Source of the DNA: an uncultured Puniceicoccaceae bacterium
Lineage (GTDB): Bacteria; Verrucomicrobiota; Verrucomicrobiia; Opitutales; Coraliomargaritaceae
Assembly (NCBI GenBank): GCA_964616435.1
Contig: CAZTSB010000072.1
Location: 18,393-82,392, forward strand
DNA length: 64,000 nucleotides
Direction of reading: 5' to 3'
The notes below the pieces were generated by a model. It saw only the letters and a list, made by a program, of their open reading frames with translations, was not told the origin of the DNA and ran no database searches. Both the position numbers and the translations under genes were made by a program. Of this stretch, positions 1-9,717 are shown piece after piece; position 1 is the first letter of the stretch; every line of letters starts with the position of its first letter.

Positions 1-658
1 ACCTTACCCGGAATCGTTTTTCGAGTGGCTCCATATGAATGTCAGATGCGCGACGCTTCAGCGCATCTCCAATCATCATCTGTACATAGCGAATAATCGG
101 AGCCTCTTCCTGTCCCTGTTCCGTATTTTCTTTATTCGAGGCGCCGAAACTGCTCGGCTCTTCAAGATTCAGATCAGAGAAAATATCATCTACCTCCTCT
201 TTGTTAGCGCCGCTGTAATTTTGCTCAATCGCCTTTTCAATTGCTTTCGAAGTAGCTATCTGAACAATAACCGAACGGTGGATCACGTGGCTTATATTGT
301 CAATCGCATCCATGTTCAACGGGTCGGCTACAGCCAGGACCATCTCGTTATTATCGGCTTCCAGCGGAAATACTTTGTAACGACTTGCCAGCTCGAAAGG
401 CAGAGCCTCCAGCGCTTTTTCAGAAACACGCACCTCTTCGAGACGCGCAACAGGCATATTAAACTCTTCGGCGAGTACTTCGGCAATATGCTGCTCAATT
501 AACGCATTATTTTTAATCAGATGCCTCAATGCATGGGCATCCGGATTTCCATCAATTTCCTCAGCTTCGACACTTGCACGGGCAGCCTCAACTGTGGTTG
601 TATCTACGATGCCTTTCTCGATCAATAATTGAAGGGCAAGTTCTTCGGTTGAGGTCAC
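1..658 (-). CDS. GspE/PilB family secretion/pilus assembly ATPase, N-terminal part (runs off window start)
   Basis: Manual translation from GTG at 658: MTSTEELALQLLIEKG...VFPL...LAVADPLNMDAID...EAPIIRYVQMMIGDALKRRASDIHMEP. The ASDIH motif and 'AVADPL' N-domain are typical of GspE/PilB. Not in the ORF track because it is truncated. Confidence 0.88.
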   Translation of the reverse strand, partial: MTSTEELALQLLIEKGIVDTTTVEAARASVEAEEIDGNPDAHALRHLIKNNALIEQHIAEVLAEEFNMPVARLEEVRVSEKALEALPFELASRYKVFPLEADNNEMVLAVADPLNMDAIDNISHVIHRSVIVQIATSKAIEKAIEQNYSGANKEEVDDIFSDLNLEEPSSFGASNKENTEQGQEEAPIIRYVQMMIGDALKRRASDIHMEPLEKRFRVR

Positions 659-685
659 AAGATTCGCCTAGTTAGAAACCATTAT

Positions 686-2461
686 TTAACGAGAGACACT
701 CATCAGGAATTCAGCATTGGTCTGAGTCTTTTTAATTCGCTGTATGAGCATTTCCATAGCATCCGTAGAAGGTACCCCCTTCATGGCCCTGCGCAATGAA
801 TAGATTTTTTGCATTTCATCGGGGTGATAAAGTAATTCCTCCTTACGTGTGCCGCTTTTTTCCATGCTAAGGGCAGGGAAAATACGTTTGTCGGAGAGGC
901 CCCGATCCAGATGCAGTTCCATGTTACCAGTACCTTTGAATTCTTCAAAGATCACCTCATCCATCTTGCTGCCGGTTTCCACCAGGGCCGTCGCAATAAT
1001 TGTCAGACTGCCGCCATCTTCAATATTACGGGCAGAGCCAAAAAAACGCTTCGGCTTTTGAAGTGCGTTTGCCTCAACACCTCCGGAAAGGATTTTGCCA
1101 CTGTTTGGCATCGTTGTGTTATAGGCGCGGGCAAGACGGGTAATCGAGTCGAGCAGAATCACTACATCGTCGCCCGTTTCGACCATGCGGCGTGCTTTTT
1201 CAATGACCATTTCCGCCGCATGCACATGGCTCTCCGCACTCTCGTCAAAGGTCGAACTGATCACCTCGCCGTCGATTTGGCGACGAAAATCAGTGACTTC
1301 CTCCGGGCGTTCATCAATCAAAAGAATAATCAGATGGGCGTCGGGATAATTCTTTTGGATCGAAGCTGCCAGACCCTGCATCAAAACCGTCTTTCCGGTG
1401 CGTGGCGGGGCGACAATCAATCCGCGCTGTCCAAAGCCAACCGGTGTCAGACAATCGACGACACGCATGGACAGATTGTTGGAGTGCGACTCTGGGTCCG
1501 ACTCCATCAAAATACGCTTCAACGGGTAATAGGGAACACCTTCGGTAAACGGTACGATTTCGCCAAGTGATTCAGGGTCGCGCCCCATTACCTTATGGAT
1601 GCGCACGGCAAATGGGCAGGACTCGTTTTCACGATGCGGATGCAACTGCGCTTCCACGATATGACCGCGCTGCAGCCCGTAACGCTCGACAAACAATTGC
1701 GGCACGTACGTACTGAGCGATTTTATCCGATAATTATCACACTCATATACCAGCAGACCTCCGGCATCGTCTTCCAGAAATTCAAATACGCCTACCACTG
1801 AAATGCCGCATTTGCTTTCGCCTGCCTGTGCTATAAGTGCGTTGACGAGTTGTTCGCGATTAGGCGCATTCGGAGTTTCCACTTTTGCAGTGGCAACTCG
1901 CTCGCGAAGTTCGGGCAGGGCCAGTTCATAAATCTGGTTAAACTCCAGTCCATCGCCTTTTCCGGAACACAAATCGTCTGAAAGCTGAGTCAATGCCTCA
2001 AAATCCCGAAACAATTCATACTCCGTCAAATCACCTAACTCAATTGGCCACTCTTCATCCTGAGGGCGTTTTTTCTTGGCTGGCCGACGCCCCTTACCTT
2101 TTTTCCCGGGAGCCGGACTTGCGCCTGGTTTGCCTTTGAATTTACCGCCGCGGCCCGAACGCTCGCGCCGTGGGTTACGATTTGAAGAAGTTTTTTCCGG
2201 TCTTGAAACAGACTCCTGCTTCTCATCACCCGATGGACGTTTTGAACCCTCTTCCGCACTGCTAATTTCACTGGAATCATTCGGCTCGGGATCATCTGAA
2301 GACCATACAACTTTTGATTCGGTCGTGCCTGCAGGAACTTCCGATGGCACAAACTCCTGGGATGGCGATGTTTGCTCGTTTGCTTTTTTTGCAACTGATG
2401 TTTCATCTGCTTCAGGAGCCGTGTCTGTTGCAGATGATTTGGTTTCACTTTTAACACTCAT
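686..2461 (-). CDS. rho: Transcription termination factor Rho with long low-complexity N-terminal extension
   Basis: [53 protein letters not shown] motifs. Confidence 0.98.
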   Translation of the reverse strand: MSVKSETKSSATDTAPEADETSVAKKANEQTSPSQEFVPSEVPAGTTESKVVWSSDDPEPNDSSEISSAEEGSKRPSGDEKQESVSRPEKTSSNRNPRRERSGRGGKFKGKPGASPAPGKKGKGRRPAKKKRPQDEEWPIELGDLTEYELFRDFEALTQLSDDLCSGKGDGLEFNQIYELALPELRERVATAKVETPNAPNREQLVNALIAQAGESKCGISVVGVFEFLEDDAGGLLVYECDNYRIKSLSTYVPQLFVERYGLQRGHIVEAQLHPHRENESCPFAVRIHKVMGRDPESLGEIVPFTEGVPYYPLKRILMESDPESHSNNLSMRVVDCLTPVGFGQRGLIVAPPRTGKTVLMQGLAASIQKNYPDAHLIILLIDERPEEVTDFRRQIDGEVISSTFDESAESHVHAAEMVIEKARRMVETGDDVVILLDSITRLARAYNTTMPNSGKILSGGVEANALQKPKRFFGSARNIEDGGSLTIIATALVETGSKMDEVIFEEFKGTGNMELHLDRGLSDKRIFPALSMEKSGTRKEELLYHPDEMQKIYSLRRAMKGVPSTDAMEMLIQRIKKTQTNAEFLMSVSR

Positions 2462-2500
2462 GAATAAGCTCTATGTATAAAGTATTTTAGTCTCTGACAG

Positions 2501-3085
2501 TCAGACTAAATGTTTGATTTGGTTAGATAATTGTCGGGTTTGTAACTTTAGGAATTCCAAGCTTCCCGAATTGGAGATTACATGATCAGATCGACGAATT
2601 TTTTCTTCAAGAAGCATCTGTCGCTGGCGACGTTGTTCTATTTCAGTTAAAGAGTATCCTTTCAGCAATAAACGTTTCTCTGCAATTTGGGGGGAACTCT
2701 CTACACAAATCGTTAAATCAAACTTCGTTTCAAGCTTTTTTTCAAATAATAGTGGAATTTCAACCAGCCAGTACTCATTAGGGGCTTTCGCCAGGGCGAT
2801 CTCCCATGCATTTCGAACTTCAGGATGCAACAACGACTCTAGCCAGTCCAGTTCCGTTGTTTCCTTAAATACCCGTTCAGCAACTGCCTTGCGATCCACA
2901 GTGCCATCCGGTTTAAAGACAGCGTCCCCCCAGCGCTCACGCAAGGCAGACTGCACCGCGGCATTACTCTCCAGCAAATCGTGGACAATCGCATCTGCCT
3001 GCAATATCGACCAGCCATCCTCGGCAAACAATCCGGCTACCGTGGATTTACCGCATCCGATCCCACCTGTAAGTCCAATTTTCAA
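2501..3085 (-). CDS. coaE: Dephospho-CoA kinase
   Basis: IGLTGGIGCGKST P-loop, LHPEV, EIPLLFE. Confidence 0.96.
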   Translation of the reverse strand: MKIGLTGGIGCGKSTVAGLFAEDGWSILQADAIVHDLLESNAAVQSALRERWGDAVFKPDGTVDRKAVAERVFKETTELDWLESLLHPEVRNAWEIALAKAPNEYWLVEIPLLFEKKLETKFDLTICVESSPQIAEKRLLLKGYSLTEIEQRRQRQMLLEEKIRRSDHVISNSGSLEFLKLQTRQLSNQIKHLV

Positions 3086-3236
3086 TATTTTTCTGGCTGT
3101 GATAAAGATCCTCGAGGCAAGCCTTGAGGTATTTGAAGTTAGAAATCAAGAATTTGAAATTTATCAAACGAAGCAAGCTTCGAGGTATTCATATCCTGTA
3201 GCGAATAAAGGTATATGATAGTTTATTTGGTATGGA

Positions 3237-4451
3237 CTAATCCGTAAACCGTTCATGATTTCGCAGGCACTCAAACAGGACAACGGAGGTAATAATTAGC
3301 AGCATACTGGCCAGAGCAACCCCCTGGGGGTTTGACTTGCTTAGAACCCAATACCCGAGAAACGGCGCCAATGTGCCACGAATCCCTGTAAATGCCATAT
3401 GCACACTCATGTAGGCGGAGACTTTTTCCGGCGGCGCAATCTTGGTTACCCACAAATTCCATATTACCTTTCCACCCCCCATAGAGAGTCCGAAGAAGAT
3501 CATCGCCACTGTGAGAACGAAAATACTTTCAGCAAAAAAGAAAAGCGCTATCGCCGTGAGAGAAAAAACGCTCAGCAGGTTACGCATTGTGATCAGGTGA
3601 AATCGATCAAATATATGTCCCCAAACTTTTGTGCTGAGAATACGAACCGCTGAAGGAATTACGGTGAGCAGAAATGCGATTTCTACATTATTTGAATTAA
3701 TCCCGAAATCCGGGTTGGCTAAATACTCGACCCGGATAGGCACTATGATCAGATAGCCCAATCCAAGAAGCATCCAACTGCCCAGCAAATATCCGAAAAG
3801 ACGATCTTTCCAGATCAGGCTCAGATTCTGCCATGGATTGCCTACCGTTTCCGTAGAAAGTGGCACGCTGGGTATACGGTTTATCACCCAGCTGTAAGCA
3901 ACTGCGGACAACGCCATAATCCAAAACAGAAACCGGTAGTAATCCATCGATTGATCCAACAACAGGCCGCCTGCCAGTGAAAATAAAATTGCGCTCAATG
4001 AAGTCAGCATAAACGGCACGGCAATACGACTACCTCGCTGACTTGACGGATAGTTTTCTGCATAAATCTGAGTCATCAATGGCCCCTGCTGTACGGCTGC
4101 CATCTGGCTGATCATCATTAACACTGTAAACAGAAGAAGACTCTCGATCATCGTAGCGCCAACGATCAAGAAGGCAGTCAGAAAAAACACGTATGCAGCA
4201 ACCATGCTGGGCCGGAATCGCCACCTGGCGGCAAGATATACCGTGATCGGTGTCAGCAGAAACCCGATGGGGGATGCTCCGACAATAAACGCCTTATAAC
4301 TCTCTGGGGCATCAAACCGGCGAATTGCAGTGAGCAAAACAAAGGTGAGCCAACCCGCTTCGAGAATGCCATAGAAGGGCGCTTTTAAGACATCGTTGCG
4401 GTAAGTTGCATCCATGCGCTCTTCGGGCGACAGTTTCGTTGCCTCAGCCAT
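3237..4451 (-). CDS. MFS-type membrane transporter
   Basis: 404 aa, about 12 hydrophobic segments, WGHIFDR loop motif. Confidence 0.8.
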   Translation of the reverse strand: MAEATKLSPEERMDATYRNDVLKAPFYGILEAGWLTFVLLTAIRRFDAPESYKAFIVGASPIGFLLTPITVYLAARWRFRPSMVAAYVFFLTAFLIVGATMIESLLLFTVLMMISQMAAVQQGPLMTQIYAENYPSSQRGSRIAVPFMLTSLSAILFSLAGGLLLDQSMDYYRFLFWIMALSAVAYSWVINRIPSVPLSTETVGNPWQNLSLIWKDRLFGYLLGSWMLLGLGYLIIVPIRVEYLANPDFGINSNNVEIAFLLTVIPSAVRILSTKVWGHIFDRFHLITMRNLLSVFSLTAIALFFFAESIFVLTVAMIFFGLSMGGGKVIWNLWVTKIAPPEKVSAYMSVHMAFTGIRGTLAPFLGYWVLSKSNPQGVALASMLLIITSVVLFECLRNHERFTD

Positions 4452-4475
4452 AGAAAATGTGCTTGTTGCACTCGC

Positions 4476-5462
4476 TTACAGACTCCAGTCGAGCATGCGC
4501 TTGATCGGAACGTAAGCCCTTTTGCGGACAGTTTCATCCATCTTGATTTGCGGCGTCATATCACGCAGACAGTCACGCAATTTCGCAATCGTATTCATTT
4601 TCATAAACCGGCAGTTATTGCATGCGCAAGAATCAGTCGGGCCTGCTATAAAAGTTTTATCCGGCACTTCGCGCTGCAGACGATGGATCATGCCCATCTC
4701 AGTCACAATGATAAATTCCGCCGCAGCACTGTCTTTGCAGAAGCCAACCATTTTCTCCGTGCTGCAAACAATATCCGCATTGTCACGCACGGTCTCCACA
4801 CATTCGGGATGGGCAACAATAAGCGCATCGGGAAATTTGAGTTTAAGCGCTTCGATCGCTTGTTGGGTAAACAGCACATGCGCGTAGCAGGAACCAGGCC
4901 AAAGCTGCATTCTGCGCCCGGTCTGCTTGGACACCCATTGACCCAAATTCTGATCTGGGACAAACAGTATTTCACGATCTGCCGGTACTTGCTCAATGAT
5001 CCTTGTCGCATTGCCACTGGTGCAAATCACATCGCTCAATGCCTTCACGGCAGCTGAGCAGTTAATATAGGCAACAACATACACGTTCGGGTTAGCCTCT
5101 TTGTAAGCTGCCAATTTCTCGGCAGGACACGAATCGGACAGCGAGCAACCAGCCTCCATATCCGGCAGAAGCACAACTTTATCCGGATTCACGATCTTGG
5201 CAGTCTCTGCCATAAAGTGTACGCCACAAAAAACAATCACATCGGCATCCGCCTCCGCGGCGCGGTAGGAAAGGCCCAGTGAATCGCCGGTATAATCCGC
5301 CACACGTTGAATTTCATCTACCTGATAATTATGGGCGAGGATCACTGCATTGCGCTCCCGTTTCAAATCCAGCACCTCCTGTTGGATGGCAGACAAAGGC
5401 ACCTCCGCGCCATCGTGAGGAGCAAACACCATCGGTTCGTAGTTTAAGAGCGCAGTTGCCAT
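4476..5462 (-). CDS. nadA: Quinolinate synthase
   Basis: ILAHNYQ, GDSL, FCGVHFMAETAK, AGCSL, YINCSA, CTSGNA, AHPEC, C..MKM. Start placed at ATG 5462. Confidence 0.97.
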   Translation of the reverse strand: MATALLNYEPMVFAPHDGAEVPLSAIQQEVLDLKRERNAVILAHNYQVDEIQRVADYTGDSLGLSYRAAEADADVIVFCGVHFMAETAKIVNPDKVVLLPDMEAGCSLSDSCPAEKLAAYKEANPNVYVVAYINCSAAVKALSDVICTSGNATRIIEQVPADREILFVPDQNLGQWVSKQTGRRMQLWPGSCYAHVLFTQQAIEALKLKFPDALIVAHPECVETVRDNADIVCSTEKMVGFCKDSAAAEFIIVTEMGMIHRLQREVPDKTFIAGPTDSCACNNCRFMKMNTIAKLRDCLRDMTPQIKMDETVRKRAYVPIKRMLDWSL

Positions 5463-5691
5463 AATTTTTGAAAGAAGCACAAAGGTCAGGTGAAGATGCC
5501 TTTAAGTCAAGCAAGCTCAACAGTAATGATCTATGTATCACAGTACGCGTTTAATACATTCGGCAATTGCGGTTTCAAATATTGTCTCAAATGGCCACTA
5601 TGCATTGTGCCAGCATATAGTAACCTGGACTTGACCTAACAGACTTTGCCTTTAACTACTACAACTTAGTTTTTTTACTATCTAAATATTT

Positions 5692-6852
5692 ATGAAAAAA
5701 TGGCGAATCGCGATCCCCTGCTCGGGGCTTGGGCACATCACACGTGGCATTGAAACCTGGACAATGGACATGGGACATGCCCTACACGATCAAGCTGTAG
5801 AAGTCACTGTCTTTAAGGGGGCAGGAGAGTGTCAGCACAGCTGGGAACGTACGATTGGCTGTGTAAAACGTGATTCTAATTTTACAAAAAAGTTGATGGC
5901 GATTCGACCAGGCTTCACGTGGCGTCTCGGCTTGGCAACACCTTACACCTTTGAGCAACTTACGTTCAATTTACGCTTATGGCCTCATCTTTTAGGTGAT
6001 AAATTTGACATCATTCACACTCAGGATCCCCAAATTGCATTGTTTTGTCAAAGATTACGACGACTGGGCTTAACAAAAGCAAAGGTTCTTCTAGCCCATG
6101 GCACAGAAGAGCCGTTTTCGTTTTTAAACAAGTTTGACTATCTGCAACACCTGGCGCCATATCATCGGGATGAGATGCAATCTGCCGGTTGGAGTACACC
6201 TGAGATGTACGCGATTGGAAATTTCATAGATACTGAAAAGTTTCAACCAAGAGACGATAGATCTTTGCGGCATGAGCTTGGGATACCCGATGATGCCTTT
6301 GTCGCTTGTTCGGTGGCCGCAATCAAAAGACACCATAAGCGGATTGATCATCTTCTGAAAGAGTGTTCGCAGATTTCAGATCCCAATTTTCATCTTATCG
6401 TTGCCGGCTCACGCACGTCTGAAACCGATGATTTAATTAATATGGGTCGACAGCTTTTAGGGGAACGGGTACACTTTTTAGTGGATTTCCCTCACCAGCG
6501 TGTCCCGGATATCCACACAGCTGCAGACATCAATGTTCTGTGCTCGCTTAAGGATATGATGCCGATTGCGCTTATTGAAGCATTGAGTAGCGGCTTGCCA
6601 TCGATTACCCATACATATCCCGTAGAAGTCTGGATGATTGGCCAGGGTGGCGATGCCATCGATATGAGTCAGGAAGGCACGCTGGCACAGATGATTACAG
6701 AATATATCAATGATCCAGATAAACTAAAAAGCAAATCTACATTAGCAAGACAGGAAGCAGTACAGCGATTTGCAAGAGATATTATTGTTGAGCAAATTAT
6801 GTCAATGTATGAAGGCATCATGTCCCATCCAAAAAAAGTTGATCATGAATAA
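5692..6852 (+). CDS. Glycosyltransferase family 4 (GT-B)
   Basis: RGIET N-terminus, IIHTQ, GNFIDTEKF, KRID, MPIALIEALSSGLP. Confidence 0.9.
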   Translation: MKKWRIAIPCSGLGHITRGIETWTMDMGHALHDQAVEVTVFKGAGECQHSWERTIGCVKRDSNFTKKLMAIRPGFTWRLGLATPYTFEQLTFNLRLWPHLLGDKFDIIHTQDPQIALFCQRLRRLGLTKAKVLLAHGTEEPFSFLNKFDYLQHLAPYHRDEMQSAGWSTPEMYAIGNFIDTEKFQPRDDRSLRHELGIPDDAFVACSVAAIKRHHKRIDHLLKECSQISDPNFHLIVAGSRTSETDDLINMGRQLLGERVHFLVDFPHQRVPDIHTAADINVLCSLKDMMPIALIEALSSGLPSITHTYPVEVWMIGQGGDAIDMSQEGTLAQMITEYINDPDKLKSKSTLARQEAVQRFARDIIVEQIMSMYEGIMSHPKKVDHE

Positions 6853-7780
6853 CCCAAAAGTTGAAATTAGCGTCGTCATTCCGACATATAATGGCGAAAA
6901 ATACATCGAACAGACCGTGCAATCAGCTCTATCGATTACTAGTCATCCATTAGATATTTTAGTCGTTGATGATGGTTCTACCGACAACACTGCAGAGTTG
7001 ATGAAACCTTATCTTGATCGTGTTCGTTACATACAGAAGGAAAATGGTGGTCCTGCCAGTGCACGTAATCTTGGAGTTAAAGAAGCTTATGGCGAGTTTA
7101 TCGCTTTTCTCGATGGAGATGACTTATGGCAACCGGAAAAGTTTGAAAAGCAAATGCCTTTATTTGATGATCCGGAAGTAGCGCTTGTCTATGCTGAAGG
7201 CCCGGCAATTGATGAAAACAATAATCCCTTGGAGCATGATAGCGGGTTACCTAAGCCTAAAATTAAGGGACAGGTATTTGAACAACTCTTTGCAAATAAT
7301 GTGATACCAACATCGACTGTGATCGCACGGCGGCAAGCCATTCTGGATGCAGGTCTTTTTGATGAAGATCGCAGTCTAATTTCTGTCGAAGACTATGACT
7401 TATGGTTAAGAATCGCAGCCGCTTCCAAATTTGATTATGTTAGTGAACCATTGACACTGTATCGTGTTCACTCGGAAAGCATCAGCAAAAATCATGCAAG
7501 ATCGTACTTTGGTGAAAAAAAAGTTTTAGAAAAGAATAAAGAGCTTTTTGCAAATCGTTTCCCTCAAATTGCCACATCCTGGAATCAGCGTTTGGCAACG
7601 CTTTTTCAGGAATTGGCACAGGAGTATTATACTGGCAATAATCTATCTGAGGCCCGGAAATATTTCCGGGAAAGTCTCAAATACAATTTCTGGCAGCCTA
7701 AGCTATGGATATACATCCTAACCACACTCATGGGGCGTGGTTTTGTAAGTTCGGTACGTCGTCTTAAGGGTACTCATTAA
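6845..7780 (+). CDS. Glycosyltransferase family 2 (GT-A)
   Basis: ISVVIPTYN, VVDDGSTD, NGGPASARNLG, FLDGDD, EDYDLWLR. ATG at 6845 overlaps the end of the GT4 gene. Confidence 0.93.
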   Translation: MNNPKVEISVVIPTYNGEKYIEQTVQSALSITSHPLDILVVDDGSTDNTAELMKPYLDRVRYIQKENGGPASARNLGVKEAYGEFIAFLDGDDLWQPEKFEKQMPLFDDPEVALVYAEGPAIDENNNPLEHDSGLPKPKIKGQVFEQLFANNVIPTSTVIARRQAILDAGLFDEDRSLISVEDYDLWLRIAAASKFDYVSEPLTLYRVHSESISKNHARSYFGEKKVLEKNKELFANRFPQIATSWNQRLATLFQELAQEYYTGNNLSEARKYFRESLKYNFWQPKLWIYILTTLMGRGFVSSVRRLKGTH

Positions 7781-8021
7781 AATCTAATAGCGCGCACAAG
7801 GCGATAAAAGCAGAAGATCGTCTACGAAAGTTGGTGAATTGAAAGCAGTCGATACTTCTGAAGTCATTGCACGACTGGAAAAGAAAGATCCTCGGAGCGA
7901 GTCCCGAGATATTTGAATCTAGGTTGAAATTATAGCTAAGCCCAAAATCATTTATATGTTTAAATGATCTCTTCAATGGATTTTCGATGATTATATTCTC
8001 TGATTTTCTTGATTGCTCCAA

Positions 8022-8050
8022 CGACCTGCCCCCAAAATTAGTACGGACTG
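8022..8050 (+). mobile_element. Possible isolated IS3-family terminal inverted repeat (scar)
   Basis: CGACCTGCCCCCAAAATTAGTAC resembles TGACCTGC(C/T)CCC...TTAG IS3-family ends. Terminal TG is CG here and no transposase is adjacent. Confidence 0.3.
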
Positions 8051-8122
8051 AAATTAGATTACACCCTAATTTGTTGACAAAATACTTGTTGTTTTAAAAG
8101 CCCTGTGCTTAGTAAAACCACT

Positions 8123-8374
8123 ATGACAAAAGATGAAGTCTTTGCAGTTATAAAAAACAACATCCTTGAGATTCTTACTGGGTTGGATTCGGAGAAAGTC
8201 AAGTTTGAGGTCAGTATGAGTGATTTGGGAGCTAACTCGATTGATCGAATGGATGTAGTGATCAAATCCATGGAGGATTTGTCCTTGAAAATACCTCTGA
8301 TTGAATTTGCCAAAGTTGGCAATATTGGCGGACTGGTTGACTTGTTGTACAGTAAGTTGTCCGAAGGTAAGTAA
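8123..8374 (+). CDS. acpK: Stand-alone donor acyl carrier protein of a beta-branching cassette (AcpK-like)
   Basis: DLGANSIDR phosphopantetheine motif (GANS rather than GxDS), typical of AcpK-type donor ACPs; first gene of the cassette. Confidence 0.88.
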   Translation: MTKDEVFAVIKNNILEILTGLDSEKVKFEVSMSDLGANSIDRMDVVIKSMEDLSLKIPLIEFAKVGNIGGLVDLLYSKLSEGK

Positions 8375-8389
8375 GAATAGATTAATCGA

Positions 8390-9697
8390 ATGGTTCAGAC
8401 TGATATTCAGGATATTGAACGACCCTCCGTCAGACCAATTTCTATTACTGGTATGGGAATTCTTTGTGCTATCGGCCATGACCTTGCGTCAATGACTCAG
8501 GCGCTCCAAACGGGAAAGAGCGGTATTTGTGCGTTAGAAAATACGGATTTGCCGGTATCGGTGGCCGGATGGCTGAAGGATTTTGATGCTTTTTCTGCCT
8601 TTGAACGTTTGGATGACTTGCCCAAAGCCTTGCTTGAAAGAGCACGGACTGCTGTGAGGCGTGTTTCCGGAGCCGTGCAAACGGCTGCCGCCGCTGCCTT
8701 GCAAGCCTGGCAACAGGCCGGACTGTATGCTGCTGACCTGCAATCAGAACGTGTCGGTCTGGTCATCGGTGGAAGCAATCTCAGTAGTCGGCTCAGTTAC
8801 GATCAGCACCGCCGCTATCAGGATGACTTTACCTATATCTCGGCCAGTTACGGTTTGCAGTGCTTTGATACCGATCTGGTCGGCGTCCTCAGCGAGATCT
8901 TTCAAATCCAGGGGCCGGGTTTTACGGTAGGCGGCGCCTCGGCTAGCGGCAATATGGCGCTGATCCAGGGGCAAATGCTGATTCAAAGTGGCTGGGTGGA
9001 TCGTTGCCTGGTCGTTGGAGCAATGGCCGATGTCTCTCCGGCGCAGGTGCAAGCCTGGCAGAATATGGGCGCGATGGGTGGGCACAACTTTTCTGCCGAA
9101 CAGGCCTGCCGCCCTTTCGATGCAAAGCGCAACGGCTTTATCTATGGTCAGGGCTGCGGCGCTGTAATGCTGGAACACCCGGATCATGCTCGCAATCGCA
9201 ATGCGGAAATCCAGGCAACGTTCAAAGGTAGTGCTGTGGTGCTGGACGGTAACCGCTTGTCCGATCCCAGCGCCGAGGGCGAAGCGCGAGCCATGCAGCA
9301 GGCCCTGGATCGTTCGGGTCTGGTTGCTGCCGATATCGACTATATCAATACCCACGGTACCTCGTCTGTGCTGGGCGACGCCACGGAAGTGGAAGCGATC
9401 AAACAGGTTTTTCAATCCAGCCTGGATGGGCTGCAGATCAACGCTACCAAAGGCTTGACGGGCCATTGCCTCTATGCTGCCGGGATGGTCGAAGCGATTG
9501 CTACGATATTGCAGATGCAGCAAGGCTTTATACACCCGAACAAGAATCTCGAAACCCCGCTTGATAACGAGTTGCCCTTCGCAGGGGCCAGCGCCGAGCC
9601 GGTCAGGTTATCCGCGGCGGTGAGCAACTCTTTCGGCTTTGGCGGAATCAATACTTCCGTCGTTCTAACGAATAATTCTAACGAATCGAACGACTAA
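8390..9697 (+). CDS. pksF: Non-condensing, malonyl-decarboxylating ketosynthase KS0 (PksF-like)
   Basis: Active site GGASASG (Cys->Ser), INTHGT, GHCL, SNSFGFGG. Confidence 0.9.
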   Translation: MVQTDIQDIERPSVRPISITGMGILCAIGHDLASMTQALQTGKSGICALENTDLPVSVAGWLKDFDAFSAFERLDDLPKALLERARTAVRRVSGAVQTAAAAALQAWQQAGLYAADLQSERVGLVIGGSNLSSRLSYDQHRRYQDDFTYISASYGLQCFDTDLVGVLSEIFQIQGPGFTVGGASASGNMALIQGQMLIQSGWVDRCLVVGAMADVSPAQVQAWQNMGAMGGHNFSAEQACRPFDAKRNGFIYGQGCGAVMLEHPDHARNRNAEIQATFKGSAVVLDGNRLSDPSAEGEARAMQQALDRSGLVAADIDYINTHGTSSVLGDATEVEAIKQVFQSSLDGLQINATKGLTGHCLYAAGMVEAIATILQMQQGFIHPNKNLETPLDNELPFAGASAEPVRLSAAVSNSFGFGGINTSVVLTNNSNESND

Positions 9698-9717
9698 ACC
9701 AAACAAAGGCAAAAACG

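Noticed and set aside
35..502. 155-aa + strand ORF, and the many similar antisense or overlapping ORFs in the track
   Set aside because: It is the shadow of the - strand pilB/gspE gene; such ORFs lack motifs and overlap well-supported genes
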